Source: Opitutales bacterium
Lineage (GTDB): Bacteria; Verrucomicrobiota; Verrucomicrobiia; Opitutales; PNEW01
Length of the DNA stretch: 64,000 bases
Direction of reading: 5' to 3'
Assembly (NCBI GenBank): GCA_965197745.1
Contig: CBDANS010000006.1
Coordinates: 480,001-544,000, forward strand
Part shown: positions 9,834 through 20,997 of the stretch, in pieces
Numbering within the stretch: position 1 is the stretch's first letter
Layout of the letters: each line of letters starts with the position of its first letter
The notes under the pieces: model-generated
Databases searched by the model: none
What the model was told of the DNA's origin: nothing
The model's input: only the letters and a program-made list of their open reading frames with translations
Translations under genes and position numbers: made by a program

Positions 9834-10862
9834 ATGAGCCCAAATTTACCAGTTCGAAACAGCGTTCGATTATTTAATTCGTCGCTCGCGCTATGCGCCT
9901 TTCTCTGCGCTGTATTATTCTTCAGCCCCGAGACACGGGCGAATGTAAAATTTAATGGGGTACCTTATCTCGGCCTCAAAAACCTGGCGAATAATTTAGG
10001 CATGAAACACGGCTGGGTGAACAGAGGAAAAAGTATAGTCCTTACCAGCCAATGGTCGCGACTTGAATTTGAGGTGCATAAACGGGAAATAAAGATTAAT
10101 GGGATCAGGGTATTTCTCGGCTACCCTGTAGCTCTGAAAGGACAGGATCTTTATATCAGTAATATGGACTATGATAATAATATCTTACCCATCTTAACGC
10201 CTCAAAAGAATACCAAAGTTCCTAAACTGTTCCACATTGTCATCGATCCCGGACATGGTGGCAAAGACCCCGGTGCCGAAAATAAAATTTTGAAAATAAA
10301 TGAAAAGACCATCACCTTTGATGTCGCGATACGACTGAAAAAAATACTCGAATCGAATGGCTACCGTATCACCCTCACGCGCAAAAGTGACAATTTCATT
10401 GATTTGGGAAATCGGACAAAGATTGCTAATAAATTAAAGGCTGACCTTTTTATCAGTGTTCATATCAATTCGCATTCATCAAATAAAGTGCGCGGTCTTG
10501 AAACCTTTGTCTTAACACCCTGCAATCAACCCTCTTCCTCCCGTAAGACTCTACTCTCCACGGATCATACCCTCTATCCCGGCAATCGTTACGATGACTG
10601 GAACACTTTAGCAGGTTATTATGTCCAAAGGGAATTAATCAGAGAACTTCCTTCGCCCGACCGGGGCTTGAAGCGGGCCCGTTTTAAAGTTTTAAGGCAT
10701 TTGGACTGTCCGGGGATCTACGTGGAGGGTGGATTTATTTCCCATGCTATCGAATCGAGAAATCTTGGAGCCGCATCGTATCGTCAGCAAATCGCGAAAG
10801 CGGTTGCCGATGGCGTAATCCGCTATCAGAAAACAATAAATCGTCTTCGAGAAAAAGCATGA
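9834..10862 (+). CDS. N-acetylmuramoyl-L-alanine amidase (Amidase_3)
   Basis: IDPGHGGKDPGA, EK, FISVHINS; signal-peptide-like N-terminus. Confidence 0.92.
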   Translation: MSPNLPVRNSVRLFNSSLALCAFLCAVLFFSPETRANVKFNGVPYLGLKNLANNLGMKHGWVNRGKSIVLTSQWSRLEFEVHKREIKINGIRVFLGYPVALKGQDLYISNMDYDNNILPILTPQKNTKVPKLFHIVIDPGHGGKDPGAENKILKINEKTITFDVAIRLKKILESNGYRITLTRKSDNFIDLGNRTKIANKLKADLFISVHINSHSSNKVRGLETFVLTPCNQPSSSRKTLLSTDHTLYPGNRYDDWNTLAGYYVQRELIRELPSPDRGLKRARFKVLRHLDCPGIYVEGGFISHAIESRNLGAASYRQQIAKAVADGVIRYQKTINRLREKA

Positions 10863-10932
10863 TATTTTTCATCTTCTGAATGAACAGTCGGACAATAACT
10901 GGCTTTATTGGTTAAACAGCTTCTCTCCTCCC

Positions 10933-12108
10933 ATGCGCTTTTTTTTATTACTATTATTTATCGCTCTCGGCACCACACCCTTTTTCGCGGTTGGAGTCAC
11001 CGCTGACAAGGTGGTTGTAGTGGCCAATATTAATCAGTCAGTATCCGTTAAGCTTGCAATACATTACCTCGAGAGTAGAAAAATCCCCGAAAAAAATCTC
11101 ATCCTCCTCGATGCCCCTGCTGAGGAGGAGATTACATGGACTCAATTCATCGAGTTTATTTATAATCCCCTCGTCAACTCGCTTATTGAGCATGGTTGGA
11201 TTGATGCCATGAATTCCGAATTAGTCGATATTCACGGGCGCCGCCGTTATGCCGTGTCGAAACACAATATCGATTACCTCGTCCTCTGCCGGGGCATCCC
11301 CCTGAAGATCTCCAATGATCCAAAGCGCGTGGAAAACGAACCCACTAACCATCTGCGCCCGGCATACGTGAAAAATAAATGTTCCCTCGATGGAGAACTG
11401 TCACTATTAGCGGTACCCCAGCTTCCTATTACCGGATGGGTGCCCAATCCCCTTTATATAAGGGACCGTCCCTCCTTTCTTGAAAACCAGCAAGTGATAA
11501 AAGTGTCACGACTGGACGGCCCCAGTTTGGGTGCTGCGATGGCGCTTGTGGACAACGCCATCCTCGCCGAAGAGCGTGGACTTGTCGGGCGTGCCTATGT
11601 TGACCGGGGTGGGCAACATGACAAAGGTGAAAAATGGCTGATCAAAGTTGCTGATCAAATAGCTTCTTTGGGGTATGATTTAACCGTAGATAAAAATAAG
11701 AAAACCTTTCCCATGAATGCCCCATTTATCGAACCCGCGCTCTACTTTGGGTGGTATACCCAACATGTGAATGGGCCTTTTCTCAAAAAGGACTTTCAGT
11801 TTCCCCCCGGGGCAATTGCGGTACACATTCACAGTTTTTCGGCTAATACTTTACGTAATGCCAATAAAAACTGGTGTGCTCCCTTCATCGCCCGGGGTGT
11901 GACTGCCACCCTGGGTAATGTAAATGAACCCTATCTCGAGTTCACTCACCATCTCGACCACTTTTTTGAAGCCCTCTCCAGAGGCTGGACTTTAGGGGAT
12001 GCTGCTTTCTACGCCTTACCTACCCTCAGTTGGCAGGCTGTATTAATCGGAGATCCTCTTTACCGTCCCTTTAAAGTTGCTTCTGCGGGACAAGACCAGC
12101 CAAATTAA
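10933..12108 (+). CDS. TIGR03790-family exported protein
   Basis: Signal peptide; VVVVAN, SLDGEL, RLDGP, GAIAVHIHSFSA, GNVNEPYL, GDPLYRP. Confidence 0.8.
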   Translation: MRFFLLLLFIALGTTPFFAVGVTADKVVVVANINQSVSVKLAIHYLESRKIPEKNLILLDAPAEEEITWTQFIEFIYNPLVNSLIEHGWIDAMNSELVDIHGRRRYAVSKHNIDYLVLCRGIPLKISNDPKRVENEPTNHLRPAYVKNKCSLDGELSLLAVPQLPITGWVPNPLYIRDRPSFLENQQVIKVSRLDGPSLGAAMALVDNAILAEERGLVGRAYVDRGGQHDKGEKWLIKVADQIASLGYDLTVDKNKKTFPMNAPFIEPALYFGWYTQHVNGPFLKKDFQFPPGAIAVHIHSFSANTLRNANKNWCAPFIARGVTATLGNVNEPYLEFTHHLDHFFEALSRGWTLGDAAFYALPTLSWQAVLIGDPLYRPFKVASAGQDQPN

Positions 12109-12698
12109 ACTTTTTCGACAATTCTGTCCGCGAGCCCGTAGTCAATTGTTTCCTGGGCATTCATATAAAAATCACGGTCGGTATCTCGCTGTATTTTTTC
12201 CAAAGGCTGACCCGAGGCATCGGAAAGAATGCGATTTATTTCCTCGCGGGTTTTCTCCATTTCCTGGGCTTGGATATTAATATCGACTGCCGCTCCCATA
12301 AACCTACCCATGATAAGCGGTTGATGAATCAATACCTGGGCGTGAGGGTAAAGCAGCCGTTGCCCCTTGGTCGCGGCGGAAAGTAGTACGGATCCCATGC
12401 TGGCCGCCATTCCCGTGACAACAATAGTGATTGGAGAGCTGACTAACTTCATCGTATCGTAAACCGCCATGCCCGAGGTTGTCGATCCTCCAGGCGTATT
12501 GAGGTAAATTGTAATTTCTTTGTCAGCATCCATGGCTTCGAGATAAAGCAGGCGCTCGGTCACGTCCTTACACAAATCGTTATTAACCTCTCCCCAAAAA
12601 AATATTTTCCTCTCTTCGAGGAACTTCTTTTGCATCAATTGATTGATGCTCTTAAGATCTTCCCAGTCGGATTTTTCTTCCATTTTATTTTTCACCAC
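12105..12698 (-). CDS. clpP: ATP-dependent Clp protease proteolytic subunit
   Basis: YLNTPGG, GMAASMG, IHQP, DTDRD. Confidence 0.95.
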   Translation of the reverse strand: MVKNKMEEKSDWEDLKSINQLMQKKFLEERKIFFWGEVNNDLCKDVTERLLYLEAMDADKEITIYLNTPGGSTTSGMAVYDTMKLVSSPITIVVTGMAASMGSVLLSAATKGQRLLYPHAQVLIHQPLIMGRFMGAAVDINIQAQEMEKTREEINRILSDASGQPLEKIQRDTDRDFYMNAQETIDYGLADRIVEKV

Positions 12699-13001
12699 TT
12701 GTATTATTGATTTTTATCAAATGACTTAATGGCATATATAGTTAATTTCGGACTGTGACCAAGAAAAATATTTATGCAAATTGTTTAACTTCTTCGACTG
12801 GAAACTGTCTGGCAGGTTCCCTTTGGTTTACTTCTAATCACTTTTAGGCATTTAGTATTGCTCATGGACCCATCCTTTCCTCACCTGAGTGACCAGATGG
12901 TAATTTCAGTAGATAAAGTCTTTTTCAGTTTGATATGTGATTCAATAGCTTTAATTTTAAAATAAAAGTATTTCTGCGACCTGTTATATAATTAAATTAT
13001 T

Positions 13002-13430
13002 ATGGGACTCCGCCCTGAACAGATTCTTGAGACTTGCATTTATGTCGATGATTTGGCCAGGGCTGAACAGTTTTATCATGAAACGCTGGGGTTGGAGCTG
13101 ATTTCTAAAGATGATAACCGTCATCTTTTTTTTCGCCTCGGAAGAAGTGTTTTTCTCGTTTTCAAACCGGACGCCACCATGGTTCCTGGAAAGGAGAACG
13201 CGGCGCCTGTCCATGGCGCCAGGGGATCATGCCATGCTGCTTTTGCCGTAAGGAGCCGTGAAATTGACCCATGGCGTGAAAAGCTTTGCGCAAAAGGGGT
13301 TGAAATTGAAAAAGAGATAAACTGGCCGAAGGGTGGAAGATCACTCTATTTCCGTGATCCGGCGGGGAACAGTATTGAACTCGCCACCACCGCGGGGTGG
13401 AAAATTACGGAAAATGTTGTTTTCGATTGA
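13002..13430 (+). CDS. VOC/glyoxalase family protein
   Basis: ETCIYVDDL...FY...LGL; SLYFRDPAGNSIEL. Confidence 0.9.
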   Translation: MGLRPEQILETCIYVDDLARAEQFYHETLGLELISKDDNRHLFFRLGRSVFLVFKPDATMVPGKENAAPVHGARGSCHAAFAVRSREIDPWREKLCAKGVEIEKEINWPKGGRSLYFRDPAGNSIELATTAGWKITENVVFD

Positions 13431-13473
13431 GCCCTGCCTAAATACTTCAGCCGCGGTATACCTTTATTCAATA

Positions 13474-14247
13474 ATGACAAATAAACAGCGAATTGATCTT
13501 ATTGAGGACTATTTACACGAGCATAATTATGCCGATTTGCATACCTTGGCCAAGGAGTTTGCTATCAGCCTCTCGACGGTGCGACGCGCCCTGAATGAAC
13601 TTGAAGCAAAAGAGGTAGTCCGACGTCACCATGGTGGCGCCAGTTTAATCTACCATGATGTAAATGCCATTGGATATGACTTTATCACCCAGGATGATCG
13701 CCAGGCTGAAGAAAAACATGCCATCGCAAAATATATCGCAGCCCTCGTCGAACCGAGTATGACCGTAATCCTCGATGGGGGGACAACAACCTATACGGTG
13801 GCAAGATTTTTAGTCTCCAAGCGTATTATTGTGATTACCAATTCACTGCCCATCGCCGCGCTCTTTAATGAAATCAGTTCTATGGAAACTATCGTTACCG
13901 GAGGGACTGTTTACCACCGCCTCGGCGTTCTCCTTGGACCGACCTGCGAGTACTCGCTATCGCAAATGCATGCTGATTTAGCGATCCTCAGCGGTGCGGG
14001 GATTACGGAAGAAGGTATTTGGAATAGTAACAGTTTCATTGTTTCGGCTCAGAAAAAAGTGTTGAAAGCCGCTGATAAAAGTATTTTCGCCATCGACAGA
14101 AGTAAATTTGGCAAACGTGCTCTCGAACTCACCACTTCGTTTAATAAATCTTTTATGGTCGTAACCGAAGCCCAACCCAAGCAAAGTCTTTCCCGCGCCA
14201 TGCGTGCAGCCGGGACCGATCTTAAAATCGTTCCCCTCGATAAGTAA
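13474..14247 (+). CDS. DeoR/GlpR family transcriptional regulator
   Basis: HTH SLSTVRRALNEL, HGGA, LDGGTT, ITNS; ATG at 13474 chosen as start. Confidence 0.92.
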   Translation: MTNKQRIDLIEDYLHEHNYADLHTLAKEFAISLSTVRRALNELEAKEVVRRHHGGASLIYHDVNAIGYDFITQDDRQAEEKHAIAKYIAALVEPSMTVILDGGTTTYTVARFLVSKRIIVITNSLPIAALFNEISSMETIVTGGTVYHRLGVLLGPTCEYSLSQMHADLAILSGAGITEEGIWNSNSFIVSAQKKVLKAADKSIFAIDRSKFGKRALELTTSFNKSFMVVTEAQPKQSLSRAMRAAGTDLKIVPLDK

Positions 14248-14257
14248 TAGAATAACG

Positions 14258-14282
14258 CAGCCACGACGGAGCGTTGCCCGCC
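14258..14282 (-). repeat. Single REP-like palindrome (GGAG family)
   Basis: Reverse complement ggcgggcaacgctccgtcgtggctg resembles ggagggccacgctccgtcgtggccg at 27035. Confidence 0.6.
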
Positions 14283-14366
14283 AGCCGTGATCTCACAGCA
14301 TTGAATTCCCGCGTATCCGCATTAACCCGTTTTCGCTTATACCATCTATACGACCCGGTCAGGCGA

Positions 14367-15266
14367 TCAGCCTTCACCACGCTCAAGGACATCAGGTCTT
14401 TGCTCTTCCAAATGATCCATAATCGCGAATTTAATTAAATCCGGGCGTGTCCAGGGAATATAATGATTGAGGTTGGGAACACGCTGCACCGTAAGCTCCG
14501 CGTTGATCAGCATGCGCTCTGCAAAGGCGGCGTTTTCTGGAGAAACCAGACGATCGCGATCACCGTGTATCAGATATACCGGAACATGGATCTGCTTCCA
14601 TAGGGGTATCATTTTTTCAAGTTCTCCTCTTAATGGAAGAATTTCCTGGTTGGCAGTCGTTAGATTCTTGGGGATCACTTGATTAACAATCGGTAATTTA
14701 ACAAGATGCTGATACCAGAATGTCCCTTCGAGTTCAGGATCTATGGTGGGTGATATCATAATGAGTCCATCGATCTGATCGATAAAATCCATCGCCATGC
14801 GCGCGATCACGGGACCCCCAAAAGAATGTCCCACCAGAATTGCTCCCGAACCGGATCGATTGCGTTCAAGAATCGGTTTCAGCATAGCCGCCTGTCGCTT
14901 AAGAGACTTGACTTCACGACCGAGTTCCGAGTCGCCAAAACCGGGGCGGTCAACCGATATCATGCGAACTTTACCTTGGAGATCAGTATCTGCCATGAGA
15001 CCGGCAAAAGCCTTCCATGAACCGGGCGATCCGTGGACAAAGACAACTAAGGGCAAGCTGGCATCGCCGATATCTGCATAATGAATGGCACGACCATCAA
15101 TTTCGTAGGTATGAAATGTCGGCATATAGCCGGAAGCAAATTGCTCACTTACATATAAAGCCCTGTCCGGCATCGATCGGCATCCATAGAGAAAAACCGC
15201 AAGTGCGGACAGCATCAACATACAGATATACTTCATGGGAGTGAGCATCGCTTTATTGTATATCAA
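14367..15266 (-). CDS. Alpha/beta hydrolase, probable lipoprotein
   Basis: HGSPG, DRPGFG, GHSFGG, HGDRD; LYGC lipobox-like. Confidence 0.9.
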   Translation of the reverse strand: MIYNKAMLTPMKYICMLMLSALAVFLYGCRSMPDRALYVSEQFASGYMPTFHTYEIDGRAIHYADIGDASLPLVVFVHGSPGSWKAFAGLMADTDLQGKVRMISVDRPGFGDSELGREVKSLKRQAAMLKPILERNRSGSGAILVGHSFGGPVIARMAMDFIDQIDGLIMISPTIDPELEGTFWYQHLVKLPIVNQVIPKNLTTANQEILPLRGELEKMIPLWKQIHVPVYLIHGDRDRLVSPENAAFAERMLINAELTVQRVPNLNHYIPWTRPDLIKFAIMDHLEEQRPDVLERGEG

Positions 15267-15515
15267 GAACTTGAATCAGTCCTTTAATATATAACGCGAT
15301 GTCGTATCCGACGCAAATAAAATACCTATTTCGGTGTTGTATGACGCCTAATTACGCCGGTTTTCTCTCTACCTTGAGAAGGAACCTTCCCGAGGGCAAT
15401 CAACCCGGTCATAAAACGCAGGTTTTTTTTCGAAAGGTCGTGGGAGAGGATTAATCGATGACGCGCAATCTCAAAACGGTGAGCCTCGAAAATGGGAATA
15501 AACATTATCGCTTCA

Positions 15516-16228
15516 TTACCGATTCATCTCGTTGGCAACAGCACTACGGAGGGCGGCAACAGCTTTCGCGTGTATTTGACAGATGCGTGCTTCGGTCACG
15601 CAGAATACTTGAGCGATCTCCGATAATCGCATGTCTTCATAATAGTACATGGCATGGCCAATATTTTTTTCTGACGGTCAGGCAATTTTTTTATGCATTT
15701 TACCATAATCTCTCTCATTTCCTCTCTTTGTATCATCTCCCAGCACGGCTTTTGTTGCTCATCGGCGAATGCTTCATGTAAGTCCGGCTCACTGTTCTCA
15801 TCGATTCGAAATGATCGATCGAGTGATATAATATTTACCGGTATGACCTGTTTCATCATGCGTTTGAATTCTTTATCATTCAGACCCATCTCTTCTTTGA
15901 TCTCATCATCCTCCGGGGCGCGCCCTAAACGCTGTTCTAACATTTCCACCACCTTCTGAAGCTGTCTGACTTTGGCACGGGCGGTGCGGGGCATATTATC
16001 AAGACGCCTTAATTCATCCAGTATGGCACCACGTACACGCATTGCCGCATAAGCTTCAAAGGTGTGCCCCTGGGCGTGATTATATTTTTGTGAGGCCGCA
16101 ATTAATCCTAGTATTCCTACGCTGTGCAGATCATCGGTATCGATATGAGAGGGCAGGTTTTTTGCTATGCTGTTTACTACTCTTTTTACCAGGGGTAGAT
16201 TACGTTCAACGATACTAATACTGCTCAA
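15516..16228 (-). pseudogene. fliA: FliA/WhiG-family sigma factor frameshifted before region 4
   Basis: DDLHSVGILGL, YAAMRVRGAILDELR; 5-bp duplication CATGG-CATGG at 15648-15657; other frame continues YYYEDMRLSEIAQVFCVTEARICQIH to a stop at 15516. Confidence 0.85.
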
Positions 16229-16441
16229 CGCTTCCCCCTGCTTAATAAATTTTTTTGATAATTAACTGTCCCTGTCATCTGTTTTTATGATCGCCGATTT
16301 AATGGGTTTGATACTCACTTATGCTCAGTGTCGGAGCGGTGTCGTATGGAATCTCCTCATCCTGAAATCGCTTTTACCTTAATCTGAGATCCGTGGATTT
16401 CAGTAAGAGCGCAGGATGATTTTTCCATGCTTATGACTAAA

Positions 16442-16457
16442 AGCACCCACCGTGCCA
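16442..16457 (-). promoter_or_regulatory. Putative sigma-54 (-24/-12) promoter upstream of the fliA-like gene
   Basis: Minus strand TGGCACGGTGGGTGCT (GG-N10-GC) with an AT-rich region upstream. Confidence 0.45.
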
Positions 16458-16836
16458 GCTCGCGGTCATAATCATCTATGCTGTTAATTATCATCAGGAT
16501 ATATTAAATACAGGGGGGCCATTCCCATAAATATAACCATTGGGGGTAAATTATTCCTAGTTGGTATATAACTAGTTTAATTACAACTATTTATATTTTA
16601 AATATTGCAATTAAGCATGTGGTGATGACGGAGCACCTCAATAACACAGGGGTAGGAATAAATTACCCGGCAAAAGTTGAAATCTTCTTGCTGGGAATAT
16701 TATTCCTATCGTTTAAATAGAGGTTAAGGTTATCAAGCACCCCTCCAGCTATGGCTGTTCTTCTTTGTCGTGGGTGAGCGAGAACCATTATGGAGAAGTG
16801 CCTTGCAATCCCCTTACACGGACATCCCTAATCCCC

Positions 16837-17334
16837 TCATTCCTGGATACGCTTTTCCTGATGTTTGTCTACCGACCTGGCCCCAATTGAAAATGCCTCT
16901 AAACCTGATTGCGTTAAAAACAAACCGGCAAAAGTTATAGCGTAAGTCAAAATGATTGCCGCCAGAGTTTTTCCCCAGCTGACATCGAGAAATATTTTGC
17001 CGAGTTGAACACCGATAAGCAGTAAAAGTCCTATTCCGGAAGCTAATTTTACAACTATTTGCAGCGTTTCATTCTCCAAGTGATGGACAATATAAATATC
17101 GGCCGTGGTCAAACCAAGGACCAGAAAAACCGTGGGGACCAGCATACCTATAAATACAAGCATGATGTTTTGTTTGCTATCCACTAAAGCGGAAGCAATC
17201 AATTTACCAAAGATGATCAGACAACCTGCGGCCACTCCAGAGAGGATATAAAAATCTACCCCAACCAGTTCGGTCATTAAAATAATGCCAAGGTTTGCCT
17301 TGAGGGTATCAAGCCAGATTTGCATGCGTTCCAT
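16837..17334 (-). CDS. Hypothetical membrane protein
   Basis: 165-aa ORF with about 4 hydrophobic segments. Confidence 0.75.
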   Translation of the reverse strand: MERMQIWLDTLKANLGIILMTELVGVDFYILSGVAAGCLIIFGKLIASALVDSKQNIMLVFIGMLVPTVFLVLGLTTADIYIVHHLENETLQIVVKLASGIGLLLLIGVQLGKIFLDVSWGKTLAAIILTYAITFAGLFLTQSGLEAFSIGARSVDKHQEKRIQE

Positions 17335-17628
17335 GATTAGGATTTATTCTCATAAAATCAATTTTAAAGCGGTAAGCGGAGATTCAACACGTTCCGCGGA
17401 CGCGACGGAGCGCCCGTTGAATAGTTCACCGATCACTGGCAACGGGGCTCTCCCCCATTTTGACCTTTTGACCTATTGACTTTTTGACATCTACCCTTCC
17501 ACGCTTTCCCGCATTTTCGCTTTTACGCGTACACGCGTTTTCCCTTCCACGCTTCTTAAATTTCTATCGACAATCGGTAATCGGTAATCGACAATCTCCC
17601 ATCATCCTCTCGAGCTCCCGGTAAATAT

Positions 17629-19056
17629 ATGAGTGAACCCCTGCGTTACCCTTCTCTCTCAGAAAGTCTGCAGTCACGGAACTTTATAAATTTACTCCGT
17701 TTCTTTGGACCCGGGGCGATCATTGCCTCGGTGACCATAGGCAGTGGTGAAACCGTATTTGCCTCACGCGGTGGAGCACTTTTTGGGTATACCTTGCTCT
17801 GGTGTTTTGTCGGAGGGGGTCTAATGAAATTTGTCCAGGTATACACCGCTTCACGGTACATTACATTAACCGGTGAGCATCCCATCGAACGCTGGAAATA
17901 TTTACCGGGTCCGCACGGTTGGGCTGTCTGGGTCCTATCGATAATAAGCATTATCTGCTTCCCCTTATGGTTGTCCGGACTTCCTAAAATGCTGGGCTCA
18001 CTGATGGTGTGGATTTTCGAGATGGAAGGAAATACAGTCTGGGGGGACCCAAGGGTATGGGGCAGTATGATTGTCCTTGTCGCGGTTTCTCTGACCATGA
18101 TTCAGAGTTACAAAGCTCTGGAAATAACGCAGACCTTTGTTGTCGCGTTGCTTCTGGCCTGTATTTTAGTCGCCGTCTTTGCCATTGAGCCTGACTGGCT
18201 TGCCGCCTTTTTCGGAATGATAATACCAAGCAAGCCGAATTACGAAGCCTGGGTTCATGCCAGCTATCCAGCGATCAGCGCAAGGTCAGCGTGGATCGAA
18301 TTAGGCACTTATTTAGGCGCGATAGGGGGAGGCACTCAGGACTATTTTGGATACATCGGTATGCTGCGTGAAAAAAAATGGGGCCTTCTCGATCGTGATA
18401 ATGAAGTAGGTCCTGAAGGGGTGAACCTGGCCGCCGATAGCGATAATATTAAAGCGGGTCGAAAGTGGCTGATCGCTCCGTTAACCGATGCGGTCGTTTC
18501 CTTTTCGTGTGTTGTCCTCTTTACCATTGCATTTATGGTCCTTGGAGCAGCCATCCTTCATCCTAAACATATCGTTCCCAACGGTCTACAATTGCTCTCT
18601 GTCCAGGCTGAATTTCTGACCCTGCTTCATCCAAAATTAATTTACCTTTATCAAATCGGTGTCTTCATGGCCTTCTTTGGGACCATATTTACTGCCTATG
18701 AGCTCTATACCAGAACAACCTATGAATGCCTTCGCCCCATCGTCCCGCGCATCAGAAAAATGTCTATCACTAAGCTCAGACCTTGGGTCGTCGCTTATTG
18801 TGCACTGGGGGGTTTGGCAATAATGTGGTTGGGTGGCAATCCTGTGGCAATTGTTACCCCGGCAGCCATCTTTGGCGGTGTCTTAACCTGTGGTTTATGG
18901 TGTTTTCTCATGATCTGGACCGACCGTAAATACCTTCCTCAACCCCTGCAGATGGGAAAGACCCTTCTTATTCTCAATCTCATCAGCGGCCTCTTTCTCA
19001 CCGTTTGGGGAATTCGGGGCATTTATGATTATATCGGTAATCTTTTCACAGGCTGA
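17629..19056 (+). CDS. Nramp/MntH-related membrane transporter
   Basis: FGPGAIIASVTIGSGE, GALFGYTLLW, multiple hydrophobic helices. Confidence 0.8.
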   Translation: MSEPLRYPSLSESLQSRNFINLLRFFGPGAIIASVTIGSGETVFASRGGALFGYTLLWCFVGGGLMKFVQVYTASRYITLTGEHPIERWKYLPGPHGWAVWVLSIISIICFPLWLSGLPKMLGSLMVWIFEMEGNTVWGDPRVWGSMIVLVAVSLTMIQSYKALEITQTFVVALLLACILVAVFAIEPDWLAAFFGMIIPSKPNYEAWVHASYPAISARSAWIELGTYLGAIGGGTQDYFGYIGMLREKKWGLLDRDNEVGPEGVNLAADSDNIKAGRKWLIAPLTDAVVSFSCVVLFTIAFMVLGAAILHPKHIVPNGLQLLSVQAEFLTLLHPKLIYLYQIGVFMAFFGTIFTAYELYTRTTYECLRPIVPRIRKMSITKLRPWVVAYCALGGLAIMWLGGNPVAIVTPAAIFGGVLTCGLWCFLMIWTDRKYLPQPLQMGKTLLILNLISGLFLTVWGIRGIYDYIGNLFTG

Positions 19057-19058
19057 CC

Positions 19059-19508
19059 GTGTCTGAGCATAAAGTAAGTGTAATCTGGCGTCGCAAAACC
19101 GACGATTTTCAATATAAAACCTACAGTCGGGACCACAGCTGGAAATTCGAAAACGGAACAGAAGTCAAGGCCTCTGCCGCGCCTGACTATCTTGGCAACG
19201 CCAACCGCGTTAATCCCGAAGAGGCCTATGTTGCATCCTTATCCAGCTGCCATATGCTTACCTTTTTAGCCATAGCATCCTACCAGGGATTTACAATCGA
19301 CAGCTATACCGATGAAGCAGTGGGGCTTCTAGAGAAAAACAGCTCGGGTAAAATGGCCGTGACCCAGGTAACCCTATCGCCGGAAATAAATTTCAGTGGT
19401 GAAAAAATACCCTCGGCCGAGGTCCTGAATGCCCTGCACGATAAAGCCCATCGCGAATGCTTTATCGCTAACTCGGTTACCACCAAAGTGATTGTGAATA
19501 TGCGGTAG
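19059..19508 (+). CDS. OsmC family protein
   Basis: NPEEAYVASLSSCHML and AHRECFIANSV. Confidence 0.92.
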   Translation: MSEHKVSVIWRRKTDDFQYKTYSRDHSWKFENGTEVKASAAPDYLGNANRVNPEEAYVASLSSCHMLTFLAIASYQGFTIDSYTDEAVGLLEKNSSGKMAVTQVTLSPEINFSGEKIPSAEVLNALHDKAHRECFIANSVTTKVIVNMR

Positions 19509-19625
19509 CGCGTTACCGCGATTATGCGTAGAAGCGTGTAAGGGTAGAAGCGAGAATGTGGAAATGCGTTTAAGGGTTTAAGAGTAAATGTGGGAGAAAC
19601 CTGTGTCAAGTGATTGGTGATAAAT

Positions 19626-20854
19626 TGTACTAGTTACGACTTGATCTTACAGGTTACCCTGTCTGGAAGTATAAAGTGTCAGCTAGCTAATGGTTGTTCA
19701 TTCTCCTGGTTAAGTTCATCTACTTTTTGGCTCCAAAGATCCTTGTCCTCAAGGAAGGTCTGCATCGGGGTACGCCCGCAGCACATCTTGCCCTGATGAG
19801 TGCGTTCATGGTTATAGTGATACAACCACGCGTCGAGATCTTTTTGCAACTGTTCTAAACTGCTGTAGATTTTTTTGCGGAAGGCTACCTGATAAAACTC
19901 TTGGAGCACGGTTTTATGAAAGCGCTCACAGATACCGTTAGTCTGTGGGTGCTTGGTTTTGGTTTTCGAGTGATCAATATTATTGATCGCTAGATAAAGC
20001 TCGTAAGCGTGACTGTCGTGGCGGCCGCAATACTCGGTCCCACGATCAGTCAGCACCCGCAACAGTCCCATCGCGTGCTCTTCGAAGAAGGGCAGGACCT
20101 GATCATTGAGCAAATCCGCGGCGGTGAGCGGGGTCTTCATTGTATACAACTTAGTAAAAGACACCTTCGCATAAGTGTCGATGAAGGTTTGCTGATAAAT
20201 ACGTCCCACCCCTTTAAGAGTGCCCACATAGAAGGTGTCCTGGGCTCCCAGATAACCGGGATGGGCGGTCTCTATTTCCCCGTGCAACTGATCGCGCTCT
20301 TACTTCTTTTCCAAAGCCGCCAATTGCCTCTCGGTTAAGACCAGGCCCTCTTCGGCCACTTTCTTCTCTAAGGCCCTTAACCGCAGCGGGAAGGTTTGCA
20401 ATTGATGCCTTATCCACACACATCGCACCCCTGCCGGCGAGATTGCCAACCCCTCTTTCCTCAGCTCGTTGGCCACCCGCTGCTGGCCCATCGCAGGGTT
20501 TTCCTCCGCTAGCGTGACCACCCGTTTTTCGATCCTCTCATCCACTCGGTTTTTGAAGTTCGGCTGACTGCGACTTTTATCGAGCAGATTCTCGATTCCT
20601 CCCTCCTCTACGGCCGCTTTATACCGGTAAAAGGTGTCGCGGCTGAAGCCCATCACCTGACAGGCTTTTGATACATTACCCAGCTCTTCAGCCAGATTTA
20701 ATAATCCTACTTTATTTCTTATGATTTTTTCGTTTATTCTCATTTGGGTTACTCCTGTTTGGGTCAGCCTCCTAGGAGGCTGTTGTTATCGTTTAACTTC
20801 CCACACAGAGTAACCCTTCTCTTGCTTCTGTCAGATCTTATCGTAACTAGTACA
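19626..20854 (-). mobile_element. IS481-family insertion sequence
   Basis: TGT...ACA ends; IRs TGTACTAGTTACGActtGATCTtACA / TGTACTAGTTACGAtaaGATCTgACA; 7-bp duplication GATAAAT (19619-19625, 20855-20861). Confidence 0.93.
19679..20743 (-). pseudogene. IS481 transposase with one in-frame TAA (20300-20302)
   Basis: GLLNLAEELGNVSKAC...LEKK*ERDQLHGEIETAHPGYLGAQDTFYVG...TDRGTEY...NGICERFH in a single frame. Confidence 0.9.
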
Positions 20855-20997
20855 GATAAATACACCTCTTACCCGCTTTTACGTTTACACGCGTCTTCGC
20901 TTTCCTCTTACACCTTTCTACCCTTTTAACCTTTTACGCGTTTCCACATTCACGCTTTAACGCATTCACGCATCCACGCATTCACGCATTCACGCAT

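Noticed and set aside
19679..20743. Programmed readthrough in the IS481 transposase
   Set aside because: A single TAA with no recoding signal is more simply a nonsense mutation.
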